Both the position numbers and the translations under genes were made by a program. Positions 1-9,299 of a stretch of DNA of 32,000 nucleotides are shown in pieces. Under the pieces are notes generated by a model. It saw nothing but the letters and a program-made list of their open reading frames with translations. It did no database searches and was not told the origin of the DNA. Numbering within the stretch: the first letter of the stretch is position 1; each line of letters starts with the position of its first letter. The stretch is taken from positions 150,001 through 182,000 of the forward strand of contig NC_014732.1 in NCBI RefSeq assembly GCF_000172995.2. The letters run 5' to 3'. This DNA comes from Halogeometricum borinquense DSM 11551. Lineage in GTDB: Archaea; Halobacteriota; Halobacteria; Halobacteriales; Haloferacaceae.

Positions 1-359
1 TTTGAATTCACACTGGCGATTTTTAGTTCCCCAGACTCAATTTTCTCGTTGATTGCCCCAACTTGTAGTTGGATTTCTTGGAGAGTCACCAATTTGGCAC
101 CTTCTGGTGCTTCAGGAAAGTCTGAGATGTCAAGTTCGTCAATTTCTTCCTGAGTCACATTCAACTTGACCTTGTTTCCTTGCGCCTTAATCCAGCCCTT
201 TCCAACAGCAGAACTACCTTTGCGATCTTTTTGGGTTGATTCACTACCAGGGTCCGCACTGACTGCGCCCATAGACGCCAATCCAGCAATAGTGAGACCA
301 CTCACTTCCATCAATGTTCTTCTACTGATCTTGTTTGGAGGTTTCATCCGATTGATCAT
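1..359 (-). CDS. Secreted hypothetical protein, N-terminal part (gene runs off the left edge)
   Basis: Hand translation of the minus strand from ATG at 359-357 gives MINRMKPPNKISRRTLMEVSGLTIAGLASMGAVSADPGSE... This has a twin-arginine-type signal (SRRTL) followed by a hydrophobic region. The frame stays open to position 1. It is absent from the ORF track because the window edge truncates it. GC is lower than in the bulk of the window. Confidence 0.5.
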   Translation of the reverse strand, partial: MINRMKPPNKISRRTLMEVSGLTIAGLASMGAVSADPGSESTQKDRKGSSAVGKGWIKAQGNKVKLNVTQEEIDELDISDFPEAPEGAKLVTLQEIQLQVGAINEKIESGELKIASVNS

Positions 360-370
360 ATTAGGAGATA

Positions 371-384
371 GGCACTGTCTAGTT
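371..384. repeat. IS6 left terminal inverted repeat
   Basis: GGCACTGTCTAGTT is the exact reverse complement of 1102-1115. Confidence 0.9.
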
Positions 385-429
385 AAGCCAGTTTGAGGAA
401 CGAGCAGGTCGTTGAGTTAGTTGGTCAAG

Positions 430-1107
430 ATGCTCGCAGACCTGCTCAGCGAGTGCTTTGAGACGGATTATGAAGAAACTTGGGAGCGTGAGCGGACGGC
501 GACACCCGTCAGGGTGTTCGCCGTCCAGCTCCACGCGACCGGGTGTTCGCTTAGAGAGACAAAAGAAATTCTTCGAATACTCGGCGTTGAACGCTCTCAT
601 CAAGCTGTTTGGCAGTGGGTACATCGACTGGCTGACAGCGGTCACAACCCGCCTGAGGCAACGCCGAAGCGGGTTGCGGTTGATGAGACCGCTGTCAAAA
701 TCAACGGTGAGTGGTCTTGGTTGTACGCCGCAATAGACATCGAGACGAAGCTGATTCTCGATGTCGAGTTGTTTGGACGGCATGGTACCGATCCGGCTGC
801 TGCGTTTCTCCATCGACTTTCCGAGAAACATGATCTCTCAGATGCTGTGTTTCTGGTTGATGGCTATGGCTATCAGACTGCCCTCTCTCGATTAGGATTG
901 AGCGGTCGGCTTGACTACGTCGAGCGAAACCTCATCGAAAAATGGTTTCATACCCTCAAAATGCGAGTCGACCGCTTCCATAATTCGTGGGTGGGCAGTC
1001 ACGGAAGCGTCCGCGAGTGGTTCATACAATTTGCGCAATACTATAACTTTCAACGACCGCATCAATCGCTCAACGGACGTACGCCGGTTGAGGAGGTCAC
1101 TAACTAG
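430..1107 (+). CDS. IS6-family DDE transposase
   Basis: ORF track 421..1107. The track start is a TTG, and the first ATG is at 430 (MLADLLSECF...). The ~225-aa length matches IS6 transposases. Supporting segments are ...VAVDETAVKINGEWSWLYAAIDIETKLILDV..., ...VFLVDGYGYQTAL... and ...HNSWVGS...QYYNFQRPHQSLNGRTPVEE, giving a DDE/RNase-H-fold transposase pattern with the typical C-terminal ...RPHQSL... tail. Confidence 0.9.
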   Translation: MLADLLSECFETDYEETWERERTATPVRVFAVQLHATGCSLRETKEILRILGVERSHQAVWQWVHRLADSGHNPPEATPKRVAVDETAVKINGEWSWLYAAIDIETKLILDVELFGRHGTDPAAAFLHRLSEKHDLSDAVFLVDGYGYQTALSRLGLSGRLDYVERNLIEKWFHTLKMRVDRFHNSWVGSHGSVREWFIQFAQYYNFQRPHQSLNGRTPVEEVTN

Positions 1108-1115
1108 ACAGTGCC
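1102..1115. repeat. IS6 right terminal inverted repeat
   Basis: AACTAGACAGTGCC is the exact reverse complement of 371-384. It overlaps the transposase stop codon region. Confidence 0.9.
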
Positions 1116-1264
1116 TTCTGCGTCGTGCCCTCTACTATGTGATCTTCTTTACTGGGACATTGCTGCTGGCCCTGGAGACATTAAATCGAATTTTCGCATC
1201 AATGTAGTCCAAGCCAGATACCATCCCTGAACTGCGAGGATATACTCAAAAAGAGAAAGTATAA

Positions 1265-1503
1265 TATTTTCAACGAATAATTCAGGTAACGCTCAATCGT
1301 CGATCGAGTCCTCACTGTCATCCCTTGGAGCGCGTCATCGTGAAATCGAACTACCCGAAGATGGCGAGCGGATACAAGAAAGACGGCGAGTACAAGCGTG
1401 GATACAAGTACGCGACAATCACCTTCGTAGGAGATTACGCACCGATTGTTCTCGGATTTCACGGATTTGATGTCTTAGAGTATGTCGCTATCCATTTATT
1501 CTA
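1265..1503 (+). pseudogene. Possible transposase remnant (IS4/ISH8-like fragment)
   Basis: Hand-translated open frame without a convincing start: ...RVIVKSNYPKMASGYKKDGEYKRGYKYATITFVGDYAPIVLGFHGFDVLE... The G-x-K-x-G...(F/Y)K(F/Y)AT(I/L)(T/S)-x-VG...P(I/L)VL segment resembles a block I recall from haloarchaeal IS4-type (ISH8-like) transposases. The fragment is far too short for a functional enzyme. The call rests on weak, memory-based similarity only. Confidence 0.25.
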
Positions 1504-1745
1504 AGTTTGAGATAGACGAGTCTATGGTGCGAATAGCAGAATCCGTTCAGGCAGTCGGCGCGTATATTCTCTCTTTATTTACTGCATTGATTGTAGCTAT
1601 GCTCGCCGGCGTTGTCGTTGGCGGAAACGCTGAGCCGAGAACAATCTCAAGGGCTGTTGTTGTTCTCGTGTTCTTCACGACTCTCATCGGATCGATGATA
1701 TTTCTCAAAAAGTATAAAAATGAGGTTTTCTCCACCTTTACTTGA
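1482..1745 (+). CDS. Small membrane protein (two predicted TM helices), hypothetical
   Basis: ORF track 87 aa. Two hydrophobic stretches are present (AVGAYILSLFTALIVAMLAGVVVGG and AVVVLVFFTTLIGSMIFL). The region is low-GC. An alternative start is at MVRIAES. Confidence 0.4.
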   Translation: MSLSIYSKFEIDESMVRIAESVQAVGAYILSLFTALIVAMLAGVVVGGNAEPRTISRAVVVLVFFTTLIGSMIFLKKYKNEVFSTFT

Positions 1746-1972
1746 ATATCGGTCGTTCAGTCTCTGAGAACGTCATAGAACGCCTATCCAAGAGTCTATG
1801 TGTGAATGTGAGTCATTTGCACGTATGCTGAATCGTCTCTCGAAAGCCGTGGGAGGCGACGGTCCTGCAGGAAATTCAAACACCGTTACCAGATAGAGGA
1901 TGAACACAGCGCTCGTACTTGGGGGGTGTCTACGAATATCAAATCCGAGACAAATCGCGGAAAATACTGATC

Positions 1973-2407
1973 TCAGTCAAGGCGCACGATACTAACGCGT
2001 ACGATGTAATCCTGATATCTGACGTAGTCTATCCCGGCAACCCGTTCCATCTGCTCCTGAGAAGAGATTGATCCACCCCCGAAGGTATCAGAGTTCTCAC
2101 CCGCTTCTCGAACCGCCGACTGTACCTCCGCTAGGGCTTGGACTTCCGCATCACGATACCTGTAGACTGTCTCGGTCTCGGATATCTGGCTTTCATTTTC
2201 AACGATGTTTGCCTGGATGAATGACTCTTCGATGGGATCTGTTTCTTCGGTGACAACCGTGATTTGTTTGTCTGCTGTCGGTTGGTCCGCTTCTGTACTC
2301 GGCGTTGTTGTTATCGCATTCTCACGATCGGTTGACCGTCCACTGGTACATCCTGCGATCGATGCGAGTACCCCAACACTGGAGGCGACGAACGTTCGTC
2401 GCTGCAT
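1973..2407 (-). CDS. Secreted lipoprotein, hypothetical
   Basis: The N-terminus MQRRTFVASSVGVLASIAGCTSG combines a twin-arginine motif with a lipobox Cys. A Thr/Pro-rich linker and an acidic body follow, which is typical of haloarchaeal exported proteins. Confidence 0.65.
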   Translation of the reverse strand: MQRRTFVASSVGVLASIAGCTSGRSTDRENAITTTPSTEADQPTADKQITVVTEETDPIEESFIQANIVENESQISETETVYRYRDAEVQALAEVQSAVREAGENSDTFGGGSISSQEQMERVAGIDYVRYQDYIVRVSIVRLD

Positions 2408-2854
2408 GTCTTCATCTCAGATTCGTATCGGAGTCGTCATACGTTTTCTCTGAAATAAATGGCATGAACACAGCCTGATAATAGACATAACGGCAGTCCA
2501 AGTACAACCACGCTCAGACCGATATGGCCAAGACGACACTGAGAGGTCCACGTCCCGTTTCTCATGGGGTTCTGGAGGTGCGTGAGTCTGTACCGAGTGT
2601 CGTCTCGTGGGCCCTGCCGTGAAATCTCTTTTGAGCGAGAATACGCGGAACGGTTTCGTCAGAACGATGGGTGATACCACACCATATACAAGTACAGTTT
2701 ACTTAACAAAACCAGTATTGTTTTCATGCCGGGTTGTCCTGTGTCTACTATGGCTCCGGAACATCTTCGGCCTAATTCGGTACGCGGAGTGGCAGTACAG
2801 TCTCGTTTTTCTCCAGTTTTGATGCCGCGCCAACCAGTATCCGGGTGATTATCG

Positions 2855-4381
2855 ATGCAGAGACACTCTTCGAGGCGGCAATTTCTCGGCGGCGTAGCAG
2901 CAGGCGCTGCTGGGTTGATTGCGGGTTGTAGTAGCTCACAGTCCAACTCGGACGAAGGGTTCACTGTGGCTCTCGCTCGGGATCCGACACGAGAAAAGTG
3001 GGATGTCTTCAACGGTATCAACCCGTACTACACCCACGTATTCGAGCCGTTGGTGGGCGTTACGGATGATATGGAGACCGAACCACTGCTGGCAACTGAG
3101 TGGCGGACGGTTGACGAAACGACTTGGGACTTTTCTCTTCGAGAAGACGTTACCTTCCACAACGGTGATCAACTTACCGCTGACGCTGTCGTTCGCTCGT
3201 TCGACCGCGTTTTCGAGCAGTGGTCGTGGGTCCCGGGGTGGATCGGAGTCGAACCTGATGGCGTCACGGCAGTTGACGACTACACGGTCAGATTCCAGAC
3301 AGCAGAGCCGTTTCCTGCATTCCCCGGGACGATCTCGCACAACTACTTTGGGATCCAACATCCCGATACAACTGACAAACCGGTCGGTACAGGACCATTC
3401 CAAGTAGCGCATGTCGAAGAGGAACAGGCAGTCACGCTCGCGCCGTACGACGAGCATCGGGACGGAACGCCGAACCCCGCTACGCTCACGTTCAAATGGA
3501 TCAAAGATCCCAATACGCGCGTTCTCTCGCTTCAGGAGGGGTCAATCGATGTCGCCCAGAAAACCCCGAAAAGCAAGGCTTCGTCGCTTGCGGAGGCCGC
3601 CGAAACGGCCATCGAAACGCAACTTGCACCCGAAGCGGGATTCGTCGCAGTCAATCTCTACAAATCGCCAACGACGGACGAACAACTTCGCAAAGCCCTC
3701 AACTGGGCTGTCGATCAGAACCAACTCGTTGAGAGCGTCTTGAATGGAATCGGCGAGCCAGCACGAGGCCCCATCTCGTCAGTTATTCCGTGGGCTATCC
3801 ACGACGACCTCCCGACCTACGGTCCGGACAGAGACCGGGCACGAGAACTGGTCGCAGAGTCCGAATACGACGGCGAAACGCTCTCGATACTGATCAACAG
3901 CGAGAACACTGACGATAGAACGATTGCACAGATCCTCTCCGGATGGCTCGAAGACATCAACGTCGATAGCGAGATTCGGCAGGTTGACCCGGCATCGTTC
4001 TATGACAAGTTCACATCCGGTGAGTCACATCTGACACTCGTCGGGTTTGGCTCAAACAGCGCCGCCTGTGATTATCTCATTCGAGCGATGTTCCACTCGA
4101 AGGGAAGTGATAACCGGAAACTGCACAAGCAAAACGGAACCGGTATCTACAACCCCGGTCCGGAAATCGACCGCCTCATCGAGAAGGGATACCGGGCTGA
4201 GACAATGGCGGAGAAGCGCGATTACTACGGAGAAGTACAACGACGAGTCGTTGACACTGGTGCGATCATACCGCTGTACTACAACGAGTACGTCTTCGGA
4301 CGACAGTCGAACGTCTCCGGAATCGACGCTCATCCGATCGACAATATGGTGGATTGGTCCGATCTTTCTCGGAGTAACTGA
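2855..4381 (+). CDS. ABC transporter substrate-binding lipoprotein, family 5 (DppA/OppA/NikA type)
   Basis: Tat/lipobox signal MQRHSSRRQFLGGVAAGAAGLIAGCSS. The protein is 508 aa and acidic. It is the first gene of an SBP-permease-permease-ATPase-ATPase operon. Confidence 0.92.
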   Translation: MQRHSSRRQFLGGVAAGAAGLIAGCSSSQSNSDEGFTVALARDPTREKWDVFNGINPYYTHVFEPLVGVTDDMETEPLLATEWRTVDETTWDFSLREDVTFHNGDQLTADAVVRSFDRVFEQWSWVPGWIGVEPDGVTAVDDYTVRFQTAEPFPAFPGTISHNYFGIQHPDTTDKPVGTGPFQVAHVEEEQAVTLAPYDEHRDGTPNPATLTFKWIKDPNTRVLSLQEGSIDVAQKTPKSKASSLAEAAETAIETQLAPEAGFVAVNLYKSPTTDEQLRKALNWAVDQNQLVESVLNGIGEPARGPISSVIPWAIHDDLPTYGPDRDRARELVAESEYDGETLSILINSENTDDRTIAQILSGWLEDINVDSEIRQVDPASFYDKFTSGESHLTLVGFGSNSAACDYLIRAMFHSKGSDNRKLHKQNGTGIYNPGPEIDRLIEKGYRAETMAEKRDYYGEVQRRVVDTGAIIPLYYNEYVFGRQSNVSGIDAHPIDNMVDWSDLSRSN

Positions 4382-4446
4382 CATGACCGGGAACGAATGC
4401 GCGGCTGGTTCGTTCACTGCTCCGTCTGGAAGGTGTCGGGACTAGC

Positions 4447-5397
4447 ATGAACGGGCAGGAAGTTCTCAGGCGACTGCTGACAATGGGGGTCGTCCTGCTC
4501 GGCGTCTCACTTCTCACGTACGGGATGATATTCGTCACGCCCGGCGACCCCGCGCGAACGATACTGACTCAGCAGATGGATGGACAGACGCCGTCCCAAG
4601 AAGCAGTCGAGCAGTTCCGCGAGGAAAACGGGCTTGACGACCCGTTTTTGGTGCAGTACACGCGCTGGATGGGTGATGTGGTTCGTGGCGACCTCGGCCA
4701 GTCGTATTATAGCGATCAGGCGGTGACGGCGATGATCGTACAGCGATTGCCTAATACGGTTGCGCTCGCCGTCGCCTCGATGCTCGTTGCGATCACGATT
4801 GCGGTCCCTGCCGGAATCGCAAGCGCAGTCAACCCGGGTAGCCGGCTCGATTACACCGCACAGTTCGGTTCACTCGTCGGTGTTTCGATGCCGAACTTCT
4901 GGCTTGGGTACCTGCTCATCATCACCTGCTCTCTCTGGCTCGATATATTCCCCGTGGCGGGTGCGGGCGGGCTCGAATATTTGGTCCTCCCAGCGCTGAC
5001 GCTTGGATCGGGGATGGCGGCGATCATCACCCGGTTGGTTCGAACAGCGATGCTTGACGTACTCGATGCCGCCTACATTCGAACCGCTCAATCGAAGGGT
5101 CTGCGCGAGCGAATCGTGATCTACAAACACGCCTTCCGGAACGCGCTCGTTCCCGTCGTGACGATCATCGGATTACAGTTGAGTTACGTTCTCAACGGTG
5201 CGGTCGTCGTCGAGGCCGTGTTTCAACGGCCGGGTCTCGGAACGCTACTGGTTGATGCGATCTTCGCACGCGATTACCCGATTATTCAGGGCGTGACGCT
5301 ACTCATCGGTGTCATCTTTGTCCTGACGAACTTCGCGGTCGATCTGACCTACAGCCGACTCGACCCACGAATCGGTCTCGGGGGTGAACCGACGTGA
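4447..5397 (+). CDS. ABC transporter permease (DppB/OppB type)
   Basis: 316 aa and polytopic. It has a typical N-terminus and PGDPA motif, and the EAA-loop region ...YIRTAQSKGLRERIVIYKHAFRNAL... Confidence 0.95.
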   Translation: MNGQEVLRRLLTMGVVLLGVSLLTYGMIFVTPGDPARTILTQQMDGQTPSQEAVEQFREENGLDDPFLVQYTRWMGDVVRGDLGQSYYSDQAVTAMIVQRLPNTVALAVASMLVAITIAVPAGIASAVNPGSRLDYTAQFGSLVGVSMPNFWLGYLLIITCSLWLDIFPVAGAGGLEYLVLPALTLGSGMAAIITRLVRTAMLDVLDAAYIRTAQSKGLRERIVIYKHAFRNALVPVVTIIGLQLSYVLNGAVVVEAVFQRPGLGTLLVDAIFARDYPIIQGVTLLIGVIFVLTNFAVDLTYSRLDPRIGLGGEPT

Positions 5398-6287
5398 GTG
5401 GGTCCGCTTCTGATGTGCCGACACAGCGAACGACCGACAAGCGGCGACAGTGGACTGATATCGTTCCCGCGAATCGCCTCACGCAGTTCGGTGTTGTCGT
5501 CGTATTCGGGCTGCTCGTACTCGCGGTGTTCGGGCCGATGGTGTCTCCGTACGATCCGGTCGAACAGCATCTCCTCAACCGACTGCAGCCTCCATCGCTG
5601 GCACATCCGCTCGGAACCGACCAACTCGGCCGCGACGTACTCACGCGCCTCCTCTACGGTGCCAGATTATCACTCGGCATTGCAGTCGCTGTGACGGCTG
5701 TGCGACTCGTCGTCGGAGCGGCAGTCGGTCTCGTCGCCGGTTACGCTGGCGGATGGGTCGATGAGGCGCTGATGCGACTCGTAGATACGTTGCTCGCGTT
5801 CCCCGGCATCATCCTCGCACTCGTTATCGCTGGGATTCTCGGCCCGAGTCTCGTGAACATGATGCTCGCGCTGGCGGTGGTTGGCTGGGCGTCCTACGCC
5901 AGGTTGGTTCGGAGCAGTGTTCTCTCGCTTCGAGAACGGGAGTTCGTAACCGCTTCGAGGCTCCTCGGTCGCTCCCGGCTACACGTCGCTACGTCCCACT
6001 TGATTCCGAACATCGTCGCACCCGTCGTCGTTCTCGCCACACTCGATATCGGTGGAGTCATACTCGGGACTGCTGGGCTGTCGTTCCTCGGTCTGGGTGC
6101 CCAACCACCGACACCCGAGTGGGGGACGATGCTCGCGTCGGGGCGAAACTACCTGCGCCAAGCGTGGTGGCTCGTCAATGCTCCTGGCATCTGTATCATG
6201 CTCGCTGTCCTCGGATTCAACCTCCTCGGTGACCGACTCAGAGAAACACTCTCGCCGACCCAGTCGGCACAAATCGAGCAGTTGTGA
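5394..6287 (+). CDS. ABC transporter permease (DppC/OppC type)
   Basis: The GTG start overlaps the upstream stop (GTGA). 297 aa and polytopic. The EAA-loop-like segment is ...FVTASRLLGRSRLHVATSHLIPNIVAPV... Confidence 0.95.
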   Translation: MSGSASDVPTQRTTDKRRQWTDIVPANRLTQFGVVVVFGLLVLAVFGPMVSPYDPVEQHLLNRLQPPSLAHPLGTDQLGRDVLTRLLYGARLSLGIAVAVTAVRLVVGAAVGLVAGYAGGWVDEALMRLVDTLLAFPGIILALVIAGILGPSLVNMMLALAVVGWASYARLVRSSVLSLREREFVTASRLLGRSRLHVATSHLIPNIVAPVVVLATLDIGGVILGTAGLSFLGLGAQPPTPEWGTMLASGRNYLRQAWWLVNAPGICIMLAVLGFNLLGDRLRETLSPTQSAQIEQL

Positions 6288-7381
6288 CTGAGACACTACT
6301 TCGCGTCGAAGACTTGCACACGCGCTTCGACACTGACCGTGGAACTGTCCACGCGGTTGACGGTGTGACATTCAGCGTCGATCGCGGAGAAATAGTCGGT
6401 CTCATCGGTGAGAGCGGGAGCGGCAAGTCCGTTACCGCACAATCGATCCTCCGACTAGAAGATCCCGGGCGGATCACGGACGGAACGATACGGTTCGACG
6501 GAACCGAGCTAACTACCGCTGACGAAGCGACGCTCCGCCGAATTCGGGGGAATGAAATCTCGATGGTCTTTCAGGATCCGACCGAGACGCTGAACCCGGT
6601 GTTTTCGGTCGGTGAACAGATTGCCGAAGCGGTACGAATACACGAGACCGACTCTCGGCAGCGTCTTCTCGATTTTCTCGGCGTGCCGCTATTTCGGAAT
6701 CGTTCGGCGTGGGCAGACGCACGCGAACGCGCTATCGAGTTGCTGGAACAGATGGATATCCCGAACCCGGAATCCCGCTCGTCGGCATACCCACACGAGT
6801 TCTCTGGTGGACTGCGTCAGCGTGCGGTCCTCGCAATTGCATTGGCGAGTGATCCCGCGTTACTGGTCGCTGACGAGCCGACGACAGCGCTGGATACGAC
6901 GACCCAAGCGGATATTCTTCGGCGAATCCGCGCCCTAAGAGACGAGCGCGGAATCGGTGTCCTCCTCATCTCTCACGATATCGGCGTCATCGCACAAACC
7001 TGTGATCGCGTCGTCGTCGTGTACGGCGGGCAAGTGATGGAAGCCGGACCAGTTGATCAGGTGTTGACCGACCCGGAACACCCCTACACCCGAACGCTTC
7101 TCGACTGTTCGGTCCGAAATAGAGCGCCGGGCGAACGGGTTCGCTCAGTCGAGCGAACGCCCGTCGATTCTATCGGCGGCCACAAGGGATGTCCGTTTGC
7201 TGACCGGTGTCAGCACGCGACGTCGGCGTGTCGCGCGGGACAAATTCCAACCATCGAACTCGATGCTGGACATCGAGCGGCCTGCGTAGAAGCACCGCTT
7301 GCCACGGATCAACCGTCACCGCAGCGGACGGAACGGACAGTACCCGATGGGGGTGAGACGAATGACAGACCAGGAATGTAA
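6284..7381 (+). CDS. ABC transporter ATP-binding protein (DppD/OppD type)
   Basis: GTGA start/stop overlap with the permease. Walker A is GESGSGKS, the signature is FSGGLRQR, Walker B is LLVADEPTTALD and the H-loop is ISHD. The C-terminal oligopeptide-transporter extension carries C-x5-C-x6-C...C. Confidence 0.95.
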   Translation: MTETLLRVEDLHTRFDTDRGTVHAVDGVTFSVDRGEIVGLIGESGSGKSVTAQSILRLEDPGRITDGTIRFDGTELTTADEATLRRIRGNEISMVFQDPTETLNPVFSVGEQIAEAVRIHETDSRQRLLDFLGVPLFRNRSAWADARERAIELLEQMDIPNPESRSSAYPHEFSGGLRQRAVLAIALASDPALLVADEPTTALDTTTQADILRRIRALRDERGIGVLLISHDIGVIAQTCDRVVVVYGGQVMEAGPVDQVLTDPEHPYTRTLLDCSVRNRAPGERVRSVERTPVDSIGGHKGCPFADRCQHATSACRAGQIPTIELDAGHRAACVEAPLATDQPSPQRTERTVPDGGETNDRPGM

Positions 7382-8432
7382 CGTGAACGGATCACAACCG
7401 AGAAGGCCGGTTATCGAGTTACAGAACGTCTCGAAAGCGTTCTCGTCGGATCGGTCGTTCCTCGATTTGCTGCGGGACGACGAGCCACCAGCCAAAGCCG
7501 TCTGTGACGCTTCACTGGCCGTTCGAGACGGTGAAACGGTTGGGCTCGTCGGGGAGAGCGGATGCGGTAAATCTACCCTCGCAAAACTTCTCACTGGCCA
7601 ACTGACACCCGATCACGGGCAGGTTCTTCTCGACGGCACCTGTGTCGGCGGATACAGCGACCGGTCTCCCGCTCAGCGTCGTCGCATTGGTGTCGTGTTT
7701 CAGCACGTTCGGCAGAGTTTCGATCCGCGGTGGCCGATCAGTCGGTCACTTACCGAGGCGCTCGATGACTCGGGGACTGACACCGAGGACGGATCGGATC
7801 TCGACGGGATTGATGGCTTGTTGCAGAGTGTGAGTCTCCCCTCACACATCGCCGACCGATATCCGCGAGAACTGTCCGGTGGCCAACTCCAGCGTGTCGC
7901 GTTGGCACGAGCGCTGGCGCATAGCCCTGACGTGATCGTCCTCGACGAGCCGGTGTCTGGTCTCGACATGGCGACGCAGGCGACGATTCTCAACTTGCTT
8001 GAGGACGTACAACAGCGATTCGGCGTCGGATACGTGTTCATCTCACACGATCTCGATGTCGTCCAGTATCTCGCAGATCGGCTCGCAGTCATGTACGCTG
8101 GCGAAATCGTCGAAACCGGGCCAGCGAATGAACTGTTCCGGCATCCGAGTCACCCCTACACCGAAGCGTTGCTCCGCGCAATTCCGAGCGATGACCCTCG
8201 GGACGAACATCCGACTCCGCTTCGCGGTGATCCGCCGGATCCCGCTGACCGACCGGCAGGGTGTCCGTTTCATCCGCGTTGCTCCGCTGCGACTGCAGAG
8301 TGTGCTGAGCGCCACCCTGACTTCGAGATGATCGGAAACGCACGTGTCCGGTGCCTTCACGCGCCGGATGCGACGAGCGAGCATGGGAGCGAGCATGGTG
8401 ACGATGAACGAGCAATTTCTGAACTGCAATGA
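7362..8432 (+). CDS. ABC transporter ATP-binding protein (DppF/OppF type)
   Basis: The ORF track starts at 7299, but the plausible starts are ATG 7362 (MTDQECN...) or 7347, overlapping the end of the upstream gene. Walker A is GESGCGKST, the signature is LSGGQLQRVALARAL and Walker B is VIVLDEPVSGLD. A C-terminal C-x5-C-x6-C...C motif is present. Confidence 0.9.
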   Translation: MTDQECNVNGSQPRRPVIELQNVSKAFSSDRSFLDLLRDDEPPAKAVCDASLAVRDGETVGLVGESGCGKSTLAKLLTGQLTPDHGQVLLDGTCVGGYSDRSPAQRRRIGVVFQHVRQSFDPRWPISRSLTEALDDSGTDTEDGSDLDGIDGLLQSVSLPSHIADRYPRELSGGQLQRVALARALAHSPDVIVLDEPVSGLDMATQATILNLLEDVQQRFGVGYVFISHDLDVVQYLADRLAVMYAGEIVETGPANELFRHPSHPYTEALLRAIPSDDPRDEHPTPLRGDPPDPADRPAGCPFHPRCSAATAECAERHPDFEMIGNARVRCLHAPDATSEHGSEHGDDERAISELQ

Positions 8433-9151
8433 CTGAGACACACGAAACGATGACTGACAGCTACGATATCGCAATCGTCGGCGGCGGCCCTGCTGGCTCG
8501 GCGGCCGGCGTCTTTCTGGCTCGCGCCGACTTTGAGGTACTGCTCTTTGACCACGGACAATCGACACTCCAGAAGTGTGCATTCCTCGAAAACTACCTTG
8601 GTTTCCCGGCCGGAATCTCGCCGACGGACTTCCGGGAACTGACCCGCGAACACACCGATGCCGTCGGTTGTAACCGCCTCGAAGCAGCCGTAGAACGCAT
8701 TTCGGAAACGTCCGACGGCGGGTTCCGCGTTCACAGTCGGGAGGGGACGTACGGTACTCGGTACGTCCTCGTCACGTCGTGGGCGGAGACGGACTACCTT
8801 TCTCCGCTCGGCGTTGAGACGGTTCCGGAGAAACACCCGGGAGAGGTCCAAGTAGTGATGACGGACGACGATGGAGAGACGACTGTTGATGGAGTCTACG
8901 CCGCAGGCCGGGTCACAGAAACGTATCATCAGGCGATTGTGAACGCTGGTGACGGAGCGCGGGTCGCGCGGTCCATCATCGAACGCGAACGGCCGGAGTT
9001 CTATAACGATTGGGTCGTCCCAGAAGGGTACTACGAACGCTACGATAGGGCTGTCCCAGCAGGCGTCGAAGAGATATCACACGAGGAACGCCGCGAACGC
9101 GAGCGACGGGCCGCCAAGAAGATGGCAGCGTTCTTCAACAAGCATCAGTAG
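8429..9151 (+). CDS. FAD-dependent oxidoreductase, thioredoxin-reductase-like but lacking the NAD(P)H/CxxC module
   Basis: ATGA start/stop overlap with the ATPase gene. The N-terminal dinucleotide fingerprint is YDIAIVGGGPAGSAAG, followed by ...ENYLGFPAGISPTDF... and the C-terminal FAD motif ...VDGVYAAGRV...AIVNAGDGARVA... At only 240 aa, it has no CxxC and no second GxGxxA/G fingerprint. Confidence 0.8.
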   Translation: MTETHETMTDSYDIAIVGGGPAGSAAGVFLARADFEVLLFDHGQSTLQKCAFLENYLGFPAGISPTDFRELTREHTDAVGCNRLEAAVERISETSDGGFRVHSREGTYGTRYVLVTSWAETDYLSPLGVETVPEKHPGEVQVVMTDDDGETTVDGVYAAGRVTETYHQAIVNAGDGARVARSIIERERPEFYNDWVVPEGYYERYDRAVPAGVEEISHEERRERERRAAKKMAAFFNKHQ

Positions 9152-9299
9152 GTTCTTCGGTGATGTTTGTGACGTTGCCGTTTCTACTGCTCGTTCGCCG
9201 TTCTGTCAACTTATATTATTCATTTTATAGACACAATCCCAATATCTCGGCTTCGATCTGATATGTAGGCCGTCAACGGCCTTCACTGGCCAACAGCCT

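Larger units (their letters stand above)
371..1115 (+). mobile_element. IS6-family insertion sequence (haloarchaeal ISH14/15/29-like), apparently intact
   Basis: Perfect 14-bp terminal inverted repeats, GGCACTGTCTAGTT (371-384) and AACTAGACAGTGCC (1102-1115), bracket a single DDE transposase ORF. The 745-bp size, the single ORF and the GGCACTGT IR tip (as in IS26) are typical of IS6. The flanking 8-mers AGGAGATA (363-370) and TTCTGCGT (1116-1123) differ, so there is no target-site duplication. Confidence 0.9.

Noticed and set aside
1199-1462. 87-aa minus-strand ORF in the low-GC patch
   Set aside because: The composition is not protein-like for a haloarchaeon. The opposite strand shows the transposase-like fragment, which explains the open frame better.
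2408-2854. 447-bp intergenic region with ORFs 2417..2680 (-), 2607..2822 (+) and 2659..3021 (-)
   Set aside because: The products are basic and Cys-rich, and one overlaps the SBP start. I saw no convincing stems or repeats. This is most likely a promoter region for the divergent lipoprotein and ABC genes.
7299-7361. Upstream extension of the second ATPase of the plus-strand operon
   Set aside because: The extension lies entirely inside the preceding ATPase gene and encodes a basic peptide (MPRINRHRSGRNGQY...). The internal ATGs at 7347 and 7362 give the normal short overlap.
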